Shown one piece after another: positions 17,428 to 30,700 of a stretch of 64,000 nucleotides of DNA. Source of the DNA: Penicillus capitatus (taxonomy: Eukaryota; Plantae; Chlorophyta); assembly GCA_965649825.1 (NCBI GenBank), contig OZ287705.1, positions 954,314-1,018,313 of the forward strand, given 5' to 3'. Under the pieces are notes generated by a model. The model was not told the origin of the DNA. It ran no database searches and saw only the letters and a list, made by a program, of their open reading frames with translations. Position 1 is the stretch's first letter. Each line of letters begins with the position of its first letter. The position numbers were made by a program, and so were the translations under genes.

Positions 17428-18802
17428 CTAGGCAGGTTCAATCTCTGAACGGTATGAAGTCGATGCAGGTTGTGTTATGCTGGCAGATGGTGTTCGAACG
17501 TGATGTCGCTCCACAATCGCGTGCAGTCTATCCACTTGTGTCTTTAGAAGATTGACTTCGTTGCTAAGATGAGTGAGATGCGCTCCATCACTGCTAGCTG
17601 AACTGCCAGTTTCTGATCGAGGCGTCGATGACGATGGCGAAGATGGAGTCGTATGTCGTGAACGCGATGGTCGTTGCCGCAAGTCCTTCCTGTTTCGCAG
17701 AATTGGAGGTTCTACTGGTACAATCACGAGCAAATGATGTCCTAGACAGAGGAAAGCCACGTCATCCACATCATTCCCATCACATCCAGACACACCTTCC
17801 GATGGCATAGGTGCCTCGGGTTCTGGTGTAATTGACCCCGCAGATTGCTGCTGTACGATGCTCTTAAAGAGGGGGTTGTCATTATCAACAGTCCATTCTA
17901 CAGCACGGTCAGGCCAGTCGGCTCAGGATAAGCGAGCCATCCACGATGCATATGGAGTTACCTGAGGCAATCAGTTCAGTGCGCTGCGTAAAATTCTGCA
18001 GATATGTATAAGCCTCCCATGCCGCCGCGTTTTCGGCATCCTACACAGATGAGGAGTGTTTGTTTGTTGGCAGATGGCCATGGATGCAGACAATGACCTT
18101 TCTGTTTTGAGCAGTTCCGATGAATTTCGCTTCAGGGATGAAGTACTTGCGTCCATCTGTTGCTTGAAGACGCAATCCCGGAAGTGTGATCTCTGATCTG
18201 AAGCGCTTTTGCTGTTGCGGTGCATAAACGGCGAGACACGTCTTGTACCATGGCAAACAGAGCCCCTCGTTTTCGGCGGTTTCCGCGAGCTGTTCGTAAA
18301 ATTCATCGAGCTTAGTCACAGACGTTATCTCGCTTGGCTCGGCACGCATTTGTGCTCCGTCAAAGTTATGAAAATTCGGTCGAGAGAGCTGAAAACCAAA
18401 GCGTTAAAAAGCGTCGGCAGTGGCGTTAGAAAAGCGAAGAGCAGTCCACCATTCAACGGCGTGACATAAATGAACGAGGGTACAGGACCTTATCCAGCGA
18501 GACGAATGGCTGTGTCTACTGCGAAGATGCCAAGATGTTATGCCAAAGCGGAAGAAACCAAGGGAAACCGCACCACGTTTGGCTCTAACCGATACAGATG
18601 TCACCTCAGCGTCCCTGATAACTTTACACCACATATGCTGTCGAGCCATTCGCCAATGGTTTCTCTGAAGTACGCCTCGAAACCGCGGCTGTCGTTTCTT
18701 CCACAGCTGACCGTTAGCGCAAAGATCGAAAACAAACTGCCGGGCAGTCTTCGAGAGCCATCTCAGCCACCGACTAAACAACGACGCATCGTTCTCCGAC
18801 AC
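17428..18802 (-). CDS. Hypothetical spliced protein with a C-terminal Ser/Pro-rich region and short coiled coil
   Basis: Chain of minus-strand ORFs (18404-18802, 18041-18349, 17428-17808) with plausible splice acceptors; LSNEVNLLKTQVDRLHAIVE is coil-like. No family recognised. Confidence 0.5.
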
Positions 18803-18937
18803 GCTGTCGTTACGGCCAGTGTCGTCGGATTAGCAGGTGACGCATCGGCACACGACGTCTTCATTATGTGAGAGACGGACGTCTCAGTCTGCGTTGCTCT
18901 CTTGCCAGTGGCGGGTACCGTTTCCGCCACGGTCTTC

Positions 18938-19911
18938 ATGGAGAGGACACGCCCCACACAAACGAAACTCGTGCAGTATCTCAAGAGCACATTGAGATTT
19001 TCGAGTCCCCGTGTCGAGAACGCACTTATCAGCGTCGACCGTAAGCACTTTGTCGAATCCAACATCCCGCTCTACGTCGTCTATCAGGTATGACTGTTAC
19101 TATGCAGTCGGAGACCGAGTGGGGGAAGGAATGTCTGTATAGGATGTTCCCCTGCCAATTGGATTTGAGGAGACCATTTCGGCACCACACATGCACGCAG
19201 CATGCTTGGAATTGCTGGAAGATCGTGCCAAAGAGCGTGCAAGGATATTGGATGTTGGATCAGGTGTGTGATCCGAAGGATGCTATCCGTCCGTCGACAT
19301 CCTGCGATGCTACAGGGTCTGGCTACCTCACAGCTTCTCTCTCGATTTTGGCCGGTCCCGATAGTTTTGTCTTGGGTTAGAATACCTGGGGTCATCTGTG
19401 TGCAAGGACAGACAGTGAACAGCTGCGTTTAGGTGTGGAGAAGCACAAGGAGTTGGCAGAACAGTCGATTCTCAATATCCGCAACAGCAATCCAGACCTG
19501 TTGACGGGCTCACCGCCTCGTGTTCAGATTATGGCCGGCAATGCCCTTTCAGGCAAAGATACGGTTTTCTGATCTGACCTTCGACGATGTGCCCCTTCGC
19601 AGATGTTCTTAACGATATGGAACCTTTTGATGCCATTCACGTGGGAGCCGCCGCAACGTCCATCCCAGACATTCTGGTGGAGAAGCTCAAACCTGGAGGA
19701 CGCATGGTCATCCCCGTCGGGCCACGTACCGCATTCCAGGCACCAACCGTCCAATCGATCACTTCCGTTTCTGAGGCGAATGATGTGACAGCAATTGCTG
19801 TGCATGGATAAAGATGATGAAGGAAGAGTGACGACGGAGTCTTTGATGCAAGTCCGCTATGTGCCTTTGACACGACCCACAGAAGGACCCGGCTCGATTA
19901 CTTTCAACTGA
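18938..19911 (+). CDS. PIMT: Protein-L-isoaspartate O-methyltransferase
   Basis: [50 protein letters not shown] and VRYVPLT. Confidence 0.95.
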
Positions 19912-20338
19912 GGGAGATCTCTCTTTCAATTTTGAACAACGACGCTCCACGACTTCTCTGTTGTCCAGTGATTTGATGGAGATGAACCGTTCGTAACGTT
20001 TTTTTCCTTCAGCATTTTGTGTAATCTATGTGTTTATATGGCCGCCGCCCCTCCAATAGTTAAGGACGACAGCAGGCAACAGCAGTGATGAGTAAGACGC
20101 GCCTGAATGTACTGTTGTTACTGTTCTTAGCACTGCTGCTGCTGTTCAGTGCAATCTTTCTCATTTTTAACTGTGCCGTAAATGTGTGCGATGGACTCCA
20201 GTTGTTCCCAGAGGATGTCCGTCCGTTGATGATAGGAGACAGACAGCAACGACATAATATTTTTGTAACATTCATGGTTCGTCTCTTATTGGAATGCGCC
20301 ATGACTATAGACTGGCACTATACAAGTGTCGATCAATC

Positions 20339-23300
20339 TCAGTACGATTTCTCTCTCTTTCTGAACATGATAACAGCAAATGACAAAGTTCTGGTCACAA
20401 TACCCAAGACGACCAGCGCAACAATGGTGTACGGAAAATGACGAATATCATAATGCATCATATGAAGCGTTCCACATCGTTCGAGTGACCATACACCGAA
20501 GAGCTGTTTGGCTTCCGAGATGATATAGGCTTCCAGTGCCCAGCGATGATAGAGGAAGGTACGAATGAAGGAAATCAATGGACTGGTCCGACCACGTGTG
20601 AGCAATGCATTCGACAAAACGAAGACGGCGGCTGTCAATTGAGCCGGTCCTGGCTTCAGAATCTACAAGACAGATGTCAGGGGAGATGGCAGGAAGATAA
20701 GGGCGTGCCTTGGAGATGAGGTATCCAAATCCTGAGCAGCTGTAGATAAGGGCAGCCGTCACAAGGAACATCTCACCGAACAGAGCTCTGTGCTGAGCGT
20801 AGGAGTAATAGAGGGAGAGATAACAGAGTCCCTTGAGAATGCTCCCAACATCGCCAAAAAGTGCGGTAGCGCAGTAGTAGGCCAGCTTATTGAGTCCAGC
20901 TCTGGAATCGCGTAAGAATATGAGTTGGTTCTGGCTGAATGTGCGCAGCGAACCCACGGTTGTCATCAGAGCAATGGCAACGATGTTGTAATTCATGTCC
21001 GAAATGAAAGGATTCAATCTTCCTGAGCTTCGGGCGTCCGAAAGAATACCCAAGATCATTCCTGTTGGCGCACAGAGTGGAATAGAGCAGTAGGATGTGA
21101 TCAGACAGGCAGACCTGAGACGGCATAGAGAGCATACTCTACAAAAATTCGCAACGCGGAGCGAGTACGTTCCAGCATGCAACGATAGAAACACATTGAG
21201 AACTGTGTCACCACACCAGGTGTTATACGCAATTCTTCGTCACCCGTGTTGTCAGATAGGATAGAAGTGTATCCGTTAAGTCGCCTCCTAGACACAGAGA
21301 TATCAGACAAAGGCGAAGGATGGTGTGACATGGCAACGGTGTCCCCCGAATCGATTGGATGGCTTTGTACAACGCATCAATGGCGATGCAGATGGGAAAG
21401 ACCATAAGATAGAGACTCATCCACAGAGTGCTCCGGATACGATCGAAGAACCCAGCCTCCTCCAGGACAGTGTTGGCTGGATATTGACCACTGGGTCGAT
21501 CCGATTCACAAGAGATGTCGGCGTCTAACTGTGGCGGCTCTAGGAATCTGTAGCGGAAATCGTGTGTTTCCCACATGTCATTCAAGCTCTTATCGCGGGC
21601 AATGGGTGGGACTTTGGGTCGGGTGATGATGTCCAAGTAGACGTCGGCAGGATTCTCGTCCTCCGGGAATCGAAAACCCAATGAGCAAAAATACGTCTTG
21701 ATCTCGGACTGCGGTCCAAAGTAGATCGTCCTGCCGTTTCTTCCCAGGAGCAAAACATCATCAAACATCTTCATAACGCGATTGCTCGGCTGATGGACAA
21801 CAGCTGCACAGGTTACGCCCATGTGGGCAATTTTGGCCAAAGCGGACAGGACATGGCGACAAGATGTTGAATCCAAGCCACTTGTGGGCTCATCCAGAAA
21901 CAAGACCCATGGGTCAGCAACAAGTTCCAGTCCAATATTGACCCGTTTTCGTTGTCCACCCGAAATCCCACGACTCTCTTCGTTTCCCACCAACTGATTT
22001 CGAACATCAACGAGGCCCAGCAGATGAATGGCACGATCAACAACAGCTAAGATGTCCTGTCGTTTCATGCGTTTTGTCAGACGGTAACGGGCTGAAAATA
22101 ATAGATTCTCTTCAACAGTCAGCTTGGGATGAATAATGTCATCTTGTGGGACGAAACCAGTCACTTTGCGGTATCTCTGCACAAGACAGCTTCGGAAAAC
22201 GGTCGATTGGCATACCGGTATCCAACCTTTAGCGTCGTGCGAGTCCCGTTGATGAGGATCAAGCCATTAGACATCGTGTACTCTCCCTGACACGCGAGAT
22301 AACTCAACAAAGAAGTCTTTCCTGACAAAAGAGTGACAAATTCGACGATGGATAGGATGATATGGCCATTACCGCATCCGGATGGCCCCATCACGACGGT
22401 CAGTTTGGAGGATTCGAATTTGCCGGACGCTCCACAGACGACAAGTTTACCACCGGCACGCACTTTGAGAGAGAGCGCATAGAATTCAATAGTGATGGCA
22501 TCGTAGTTAAGATCTTCGATAAGATGATCTTGCGAAGTTTCAGATTTCTGTTCATCCTCCGCATCGTTCTCTACGCAACACCATCGATCATCACGCCTTC
22601 CGTACTCAAGAACACACCGTCTGGTCTCAGATCCATCGAAAGACTTGCCCAGACAGCCGGTGGATGTGCCGACGGTGGAGTGCGGATTTCTGGGATCTCC
22701 GATGAACGGGTCAACGTGCGAGATAGATTCTGAGAGAAGGTCTGCAAAGCGATGATCTTGGGCAGGACGAATCCTCGGGTCTGATATCTGGGATGTCCCC
22801 TTGCAAAGGCTGATCGAGAACGGGTGGCTGTATTGTCATCGCGAGTCGTCGTCGGTGCAACGACATCCCAATGCGGATGGACACCCCAACGGATCCGAAT
22901 TCGTTCCCGTGCCGACAATCGTCTCAATATTCGGTTATAGTATCGCGAAGCTTGCCAAGTCACAGCCAGAAGTACAAACATAAGGGCGTCAAAGGCAAGA
23001 CCGAAATAATCCTCAGGTAGACTTGTTCCTAAAACGCAGGTCCGTTGCGGCCGGATGCCACAGAGACGCTACCTTCTGGGCAGATGGTCATCAATGGGCA
23101 TCTGGACTGTCGGATACTCCCCACGCGACAGAAATAGCCGCTGTCACATCGTTCTGGATTGTTGACAGTGTCTTCACAGTAATAACCACTCGGGCAATAG
23201 ATGTGCCCTGAAGCAGGGAACGGCATGTCAAGACAGAACGTCACATCACGGTGGTTGCTTACCCCTTGTACCGTTGACAGGAAAGAAAGCCGAACTTGGA

Positions 23301-24136
23301 TTTGTATCCCATTTATCCGCTCCGCCACATCCCAATTCCGATCTCTCCTTGTAACCGTACGGAGAACAGACATTTTCATGCACGGAATGATCCAGTCCAT
23401 GCAACATGGACGGAGGGACTTCAGCGGAATGCGCCCTAAATCCAATCTCCTGTTCAGGTCTGCCAAAATCGCCTATCTTCACTTTGGGCAGTGAGCCCCC
23501 AATGGACACGGAATCATACAGTTCATCATCTGTGGACAGAAGAAGCCCTCGCAGCAAGCATGTGGTCCTTGTTCCGTCTGGAAGAATCCAGGAAGGCATC
23601 CGTCTGTCGAGGTATGCCTACTCTCCGAACTGCATTTCTTAGACTCGGGGATCTTTTCGGGATCATCTGTTCGCAACACAAACTGAAACGCACTTCTCAC
23701 TCTGAATCTCACACTTTTGACGGTTTACTTGAAAGTACAGAATGAAGTCCTCTTCGTCATCACACATGTAGTCGACCATCCGATCCCAATTCCCACAAAT
23801 CTCATCCTGTTGCGCCATTGACGTGTTTCCTCGAACGGTGCTCGTTTCCACGAGCTCTTCGGCCGGAAGGGCATTTCTCAGAAGTTGCAGCATCTCCAAG
23901 GGACTGTCGAAATCAAAGCAGAAACGCAGTTTCGAGATAGAATCGTAGAATCGTCCGAGGGCGAGGTCTTTCCATAAACGGTCCGCCAGGTAATGCGTCT
24001 CATCCGTTTCGACCTCCGTCGCGGCCCGGCGCTCCACCTCACGACGATCAATGGGGGATGACACTGCGCAGGTCAAGAAGATGAGAAGTGACAAGACACA
24101 ACGGCGTCCAGTATATTTCATACTCTGTCGCCGCAT
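20339..24136 (-). CDS. ABCG half-transporter with a Cys-rich N-terminal ectodomain (ABCG24/28-like)
   Basis: Signal peptide; CCEGFFCP...CPLGAHCP and YCPSGYYC repeats; Walker A GPSGCGKT split by an intron; ISGGQRKRVNIGLEL, LFLDEPTSGLD and a C-terminal membrane domain. 3' end uncertain. Confidence 0.9.
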
Positions 24137-24212
24137 CGTTTCAACAGGTCACGGTTCGGCGTGATAAAATGATGGACACACTGACGGGCTTAGTGATGGG
24201 ACGTATTCTGCG

Positions 24213-24881
24213 ATGACCATACAGGCATCTATTGCGGATACCTTCTGGACAGAGGATGTCTATCCACCCTCAGATGACTCGTTCATTCTGGTCGACGCTT
24301 TGGCCAAACGCATGGCGCAGTGGACGTCGCTTCCTTTGTGGTGTCTTGAGGTTGGATGCGGAAGTGGGTTTGTTTGTGCATCACTTGCGCTGATGTTACG
24401 TGCACAGGCACATCGAGTGTTCTATATTTTTGCCACGGACGTCCATCCAAGCGCCGCGATCTGTACATTGGAGACGGCACGACGTCATGGCGTTGAGGAT
24501 TGCCTGGATGTCGTGGTGACTGAGTTTTGGGATGGACTCAAACATCCAAACGTCACATCACATTGGGATCTTATCGTGTTCAATCCACCGTATGTGCCAA
24601 CGCCAGATGCAGAAACTGAACGTCGAGGCATCCATGCCGCGTGGGCGGGTGGACTGGCGGGACGTCACATCATCGATGCGTTTCTCCGACGGGCAATTCT
24701 CGTCCTCTCCTCGCATCCATGCGAAATACTGATCGTCTTGATCGAGGAGAATAAACCACATGAGATTATCTCCTGGATGCGCGGTCTCCATTTTGTGGCC
24801 GAGGTCGTCCTACGACGGCGCGCCGATCAAGAAATGCTCTATGTACTGTCCATTCGCTCCAGCTGTCACATCCGTGGGTGA
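24213..24881 (+). CDS. N6AMT1: HemK-family eRF1 glutamine methyltransferase
   Basis: VYPPSDDSFILVDAL, LEVGCGSG, DLIVFNPPYVPT and WAGGLAGR; intronless. Confidence 0.93.
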   Translation: MTIQASIADTFWTEDVYPPSDDSFILVDALAKRMAQWTSLPLWCLEVGCGSGFVCASLALMLRAQAHRVFYIFATDVHPSAAICTLETARRHGVEDCLDVVVTEFWDGLKHPNVTSHWDLIVFNPPYVPTPDAETERRGIHAAWAGGLAGRHIIDAFLRRAILVLSSHPCEILIVLIEENKPHEIISWMRGLHFVAEVVLRRRADQEMLYVLSIRSSCHIRG

Positions 24882-25075
24882 TAGTAGATTTAATTACGAA
24901 CATAAAAGCTACGACAACAGACCCGACGTCCAGTCGTTGTGTTTGATTTAACATTTTGACGGCGTCGTTCGATTCAATCGCAGTATCGCTGTTTGGTAAC
25001 GCTTCTTTGCGAAAACAGAAGATAAGCGATTCTCTGGCTGAGCCACCCGTCGCCACTACGACTCGACACGCAGCT

Positions 25076-25375
25076 ATGACGAATTTGTCGAAGGAAGTCC
25101 TGTTGCTGCACTGGAAAGATCTTTCTCCAGAAGACGCGGAGCGTCTGTTGGCGGTGTTGCCTGCTGCGCTGAGTCGAGTCTTTACAAAAGACGTGGTGAA
25201 TCGACTGGAGCAGAACTGCCAACTGGAGCAATGTATTTTACAAGGGAGCCTCGGGCCCCTCAATGTCGCGAGAGCCGTTTTGGAAAAGCTTGCGCAAGGA
25301 GGATACGTCACGTCGGCCACGACGGACGCATTGCTAAACGGCTCCGCGACACCACCCTCCCCGTCTGCCAAGTGA
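25076..25375 (+). CDS. Small helical hypothetical protein
   Basis: Leu-rich amphipathic ORF with no recognised motif. An antisense ORF overlaps it, so the strand is not certain. Confidence 0.35.
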   Translation: MTNLSKEVLLLHWKDLSPEDAERLLAVLPAALSRVFTKDVVNRLEQNCQLEQCILQGSLGPLNVARAVLEKLAQGGYVTSATTDALLNGSATPPSPSAK

Positions 25376-25461
25376 CGGTCTCCACACCCGGAATGGGAGG
25401 GATGACCGACCGATGGACTGACCTACCAACCGATTGATAACAACAACGATTCTTCATCCCT

Positions 25462-25483
25462 ACCGACCGACCGACCGACCGAC
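25462..25483. repeat. (ACCG)n microsatellite within a degenerate ACCG-rich tract (about 25400-25510)
   Basis: ACCGACCGACCGACCGACCGAC plus flanking imperfect units. Confidence 0.85.
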
Positions 25484-26310
25484 TTACCGACCCATCGACT
25501 TACCGATTGTCCAATGATGATGATGACGTTTACGTAGTGTATGTTTGTTGTCGATGATGATTGCGTCTGTTTCTTTGAGTACGCTGGGCCCAGTCCGTCT
25601 TTCCGTTTCTGTCTGTCCGTACACATGTTGATTGACCCACTTTTGATATCACACCACCACAACCATCTCCTCGATCTGCTTTATGGTTTTTTAGTTCATT
25701 ATGTCTGTGGACCGTTTTTTTGTAGAAATGCATGATAGTGGCACTTATGTTTGTCTATTTTTGGACGTTTGCTATGGAGTATATGTATTATCCGTCAGCA
25801 AACAATGCGTACTGGGGGTGATGATGCGCGGTTACGGAAGCGAATGTTTTCATATGAATGTCACATTTCATCCTCATAACAACAAAGATTAAAGAAATCT
25901 GTAGTCGATCAATGTGCCCTATGAAGGTCTGGGCAGTGATGCTGACCACTGCACTTTATGACACATTGAACACGCTGTCTGTCGACACTGTTCGATTCGA
26001 CAGGCTCTACTGCACATACAGCAACTACTACTTATCTGCTGCCTAGCCAATCTGTCGATTTCGCGACAAGTGCCACACTCTAGTGTGGAGGAGTACTTCG
26101 TCTGAGTGGTAAAGGTACCGTCGTGACGGCACACAACACATTGGGGTGGGAATGGATGTTTTCCATTACATAAAGGGGTGCTTTATGGGATGATTATGCA
26201 TGCAATAGATTTAGAAGAGAGGATTCTCTGCCAAACATGTAAACATAGCAATGGGTCCGTGTGCTACAATCGTCGCCCCACACCAACGAACGCTTCATTG
26301 GCCAACGCAG

Positions 26311-27604
26311 ATGACGATCATCGATTTTGGCATCGTCTTCGATATCGATGGCGTTATCTATCGCGGCGGCGAAATCCTCCCCGGTGCAAAAGAGACGATC
26401 GAACAGGTACAAAGGCTTTTCGCTGTGAAGGCGCGGATGATAAGACGTCGGCTAGGTGACGGCCAGGGGCATTCCTCATCTCTATATGACAAACAATGGG
26501 ATGGAAACGGAAGGGAAACGCGCTGAGCGACTCGGCAAGCAACTCGGACTGCAGTTGTTACCAGAGAGATGTATTCTCTGCCACAGTGCTCTCAAAGTGC
26601 ATGCATCATGTGATCGAGCACAGTTGAGATGAAAGGGTCTGTTCTCAGGCGGAAGCAGAAAAGGTGGGAGATGGACTGGTCCTCGTTACAGGATTCTGTC
26701 GCATGGACTCCATCGAACTCATGCAAAGTGTGACTGACGACTGCGCTTAACTATATGACCTTCAATATTTGAATGTGCGTTGCTAGCTTTGGGATTCAAG
26801 AATGTCCAGACAATAGATGCCTATGCCGCTTGTCATCCAAACCTCTATCCACTTGGGCGTTACCCTGATGTGACAGATAGGTGTGACCATGCATCGCCCA
26901 ACGAGCTCGGGCGGATTTCTGCGGTATCAGGGCGTGGGCAAGTGCACCTGTTGACATGATCGTTGTGCTCGAGACGAGTCTCAATTGGGCACAGGACATT
27001 CAGATTATTTGCGACTTGATGATGCATCGAGGTTACACATCTCCAAAGCCAGAGAGTGAGACAAGGCAACAGCCTATACTCATTGGCTGCAATCTGGATC
27101 TAACATACATGGGAGCCTACGAGACTCCCCGATTGGGACCAGGAGCCTTTGTCGAGGCCCTCTGTCTTATCTACAAACACGTATGTGAGACATACCCAGA
27201 GAGTGCCATGTAAGCTGCGGGTATGTTCGTGCAGCTGACCAAGGGTGAGGCATTGCAATTTGTGAAGCATGGAAAACCGCACGCTCCCATGTATCGACTT
27301 GCCGAGCAGAGACTCCGGCAACAGATCGCACATCGACAGGCATCTGAACCTCAACTCCGTGACCTCGCACCCTCCTCGAATCTTTGCCTTGAGTGTCTGC
27401 CGTTTAGGAAGGATCTATGCCATAGGTGATAATCCACAGAGTGATATCCGTGGAGCGAATGATGCAGGCAGTCATTGGACGAGCATCCTTGTGCGTACAG
27501 GATGCTTTCGTGGAAGAGACAATGATCCAACAGACCCCGCTCATTACGTTGTTCAAGATGTCACCGAAGCACTGGACCTCATCCTGCGCCTTGAAAACAG
27601 ATAA
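26311..27604 (+). CDS. HAD-superfamily IIA hydrolase, CECR5/HDHD5-like
   Basis: FGIVFDIDGVIYRG, LYMTNNG, PRLGPGAF, HGKP, AIGDNPQSDIRGAN and WTSILVRTG. Confidence 0.92.
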
Positions 27605-27757
27605 AACAGATAGACACATACATGATTGTCAATGCTCTCTAAACTAAAAAACTGTTTCAATACAGGCAGTAACGCATTCCATCGCCCGCCCCTCGACCTG
27701 GACATCCACAATGTACACCGCAAACTTGACTTCCGTTTCTAATCTCGTCTATCTTCA

Positions 27758-30700
27758 TCATTCGGTCCTCCTAACACACAGCGGTCTTAAGGAGAGGGTA
27801 TGGAGAGGGACGGGTGTGGTACTGGGAAGCGCAGAGGGGGGTTGAATCGATAAGATCAGTTGTTTCAGATCTCTGATTTCTTGACGGAGTTGCGTGAAAT
27901 CGCTCGATCCACGCTCTTTTGCATCTCTGAGCTCCTCGCGCATTCTTCTCTGGATATCGACGAGGCGTCCTTCCCATTCTGCCTCTTCCAGTTTCGATTG
28001 GAAATTTGGAACCAGAATGTGAAGATAGGGATCGATCTTATCACTAAACAGCAAACACATGATACTTAACACGCATCGTATGATGCTCACTTTATCTCTT
28101 TCTTTCTCTTTTGCGACAGGCCCATCTCCATGTCTTGAATAACGGCTGCTCTTTTCTGACAGAAGAGTGTTTTCTCGTGGTTCTTTACACGATCGAAGCT
28201 ATCGCCCATAATGGCAATTAGGAGATTGAGGAGGACGATAGCGACAGCTGCAAGGAAGATAAACATCATGGTCAGTGCCAGCACTTGCGTTCCTTCTTCA
28301 TTGTCACTGCTGTAGATGGAATCCATAATTTCACCGATGTCGCTGAGCATCAATCTGAAGACGGTCAAGAGAGAAGCGATTGGGTTACTGAAGCCAAGGC
28401 TTTTCTTATCGTGCAGACTGTTGTTCACAGCTTCCAGCATTTTAACCTGCACGTTACAGGCACAGAAACCAGCGTCACAGTAGAAGCCATCATCGCTTTG
28501 AGATGGAACGGCTGAGTCTTCGAGCTCTCCACTGTCCTCTGCATAGGGTGCTGACATGCTGGCCGCACAGGATGCACACAAACCGGGTTCTATAGAAGGC
28601 AGTGAGTATTCATTAGTATCGTCGTCGGCCAACAGGACAAAGAAGGCGACACCGAAGCCGACGAGAAATGCCACAAGGACGAAGAGAAACCAGCGAATGT
28701 CCTTCACAATCTCTCGGATCATAACAACCATAGGGCCTGTCGATTTAAAGGCTTGGGCATAATAGAGAAGCTTGACCCAGAGCAGCACAGATGCCGTTGC
28801 CATGAAACCGATGACCAGTTGCGATTCTTCCCCTTGTCGCCGTATACTGGCCAATGGGAGAAATACAACGACCACAATGTAGGAACTGAATTCGATCCAC
28901 TTCATGTAATCTGTCATGTAATAGCTGATTCCAGTATACTGACGTTCCATCCAGAGGGTGTGAAATTGCTTAAACAGACGAATGAGATTGCCCGTTCCGA
29001 CGCTGACAACTAAGATCAGAGATGCGATCGATCCATTCGTGTCGAAAAACCGACGGTTGTATCCGGTGTAAATGCAGCAGCTGGTGAAGGAGATCAGTAG
29101 AATGAGATAATGGAATAAATCTTCCAGCAGCAAACGGCGTGCGTAGGTCTGGAATTTAAAGTTGATGACGCCCATAACCAGATCCGAGCCAAAAATGCTG
29201 TGCGGTGCACGATCAAAGAGCAATGGCTGCAGAATGCCTTCTCTCGACATCTTGGCAATATTGGGATAGGGCACGACCTAATACAGCACACATGACTCCG
29301 TCGCATGGCGGCGGTCATCACACAATTGTCTGCGATTACCTTTGCCTCTGCCGAGATGCAGGAATTGAGTAACTTGTCTGGAAGATTCTTCATTGTCTGA
29401 TGTTCTGTGTTCTTCCACATCTCTTGGATGTATTGTTGCGAAGCGACCAGTCTTTTGTCGGTAAACACGCCGAGGTAGTCATTCTGTTTTCGCAGATATC
29501 CTTCAGAGACACTCACCACGCCAAGAGACTTGATAAATTTGCGGCTCTTGAAGAGATACAACACCAATGCCGGATATTTATAAGACAATCGGATTAAGGA
29601 ACTCTCCATAATCGTTGCGAACGCAGTATCTGTCGTCGCACCATCCGTCAGGGCTTGAAGCAGAACCTAGAACATCGACATCGAAACAACAGACCCGACC
29701 TGAGCGTCATCTCACTTCAAGGATATCGGGGGAACGAATGTCGACTGCCAAATCGATGACATTGGGCGTTGGGTCTTCTGTGACACTGCTGAGGGTGTGT
29801 TGAGTGATGGAACCCTGAAAGGCAAGTTTAACCTTGAACTCCAGAGCCCATGCGATCAAGTGCTTCAGCATCTCTGTCCTCTTCTGATTCACACAGGCCA
29901 TGACAAGTGTCATACCATGCTCGTAGGGGTGATTCAGCAACGATGGTCCATACTCGTTCAGTTTGGCATAGATAAATTCTCGACTGGGACAACAGGGACC
30001 ATCCAGAAGAGCCCTTCTCTGTTGAATGACGCTCTTGTAAGTAAAATGTGTTCCCCAGACGACGAGTTGGTTCTTGTTGTCAAGCGCTGCGCACTTGCAG
30101 GTTTCCGGCGACAGCGCGGTGAACTTCTTGTCTTCTAATTCAAAGGGCAATCGCATTTGCTTCGATGTACGCTCACCTCTCACATGCACGATCTTCCACG
30201 TCTGCTGTCTCTTTATCGTGTCGTTGGCACATCTCGCTGAAGATTCGTCGGTGTTCGGAGGATCTTCTCTGAAGTCGATTTCTGGGTAGTCACTGGATGG
30301 CTGAGGATCATCGTTGATGCACTGGTCGAATACTGGCACGCGTCCCTGCTTCATAAACATATCATCGGTGCTCTCATCCACCATTCCCGACATGAGAATC
30401 CACTCACTATCCGCCGAGAAGATAAAGGTCTCGGGATACCAGATCGAATCGAGATTCAGATCTTCTAACGTTGTCTGCGGATGAGCAGTAATTGGCTGTC
30501 CCTCCTTCGTGAAGCCGACGATGCAGTAATCTCCTCTCGGTGCCAACAGAGGATAGAATCCGCTTCCAGGTGCTTGGAAGATCGGGATCTTGTAGTCTAG
30601 TGTACGGATCTCTCTTCGGTACACGACATCCCAGATTCTGACGTGATGCATATTGGTCATGAGCACGGCAATCTTGCCGTCTTTTGAAAAACTGCAGCTT

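Noticed and set aside
24766-25371. 201-aa minus-strand ORF
   Set aside because: Overlaps the 3' end of N6AMT1 antisense and has Ser/Arg/Cys-rich shadow composition; the plus frame looks more protein-like.
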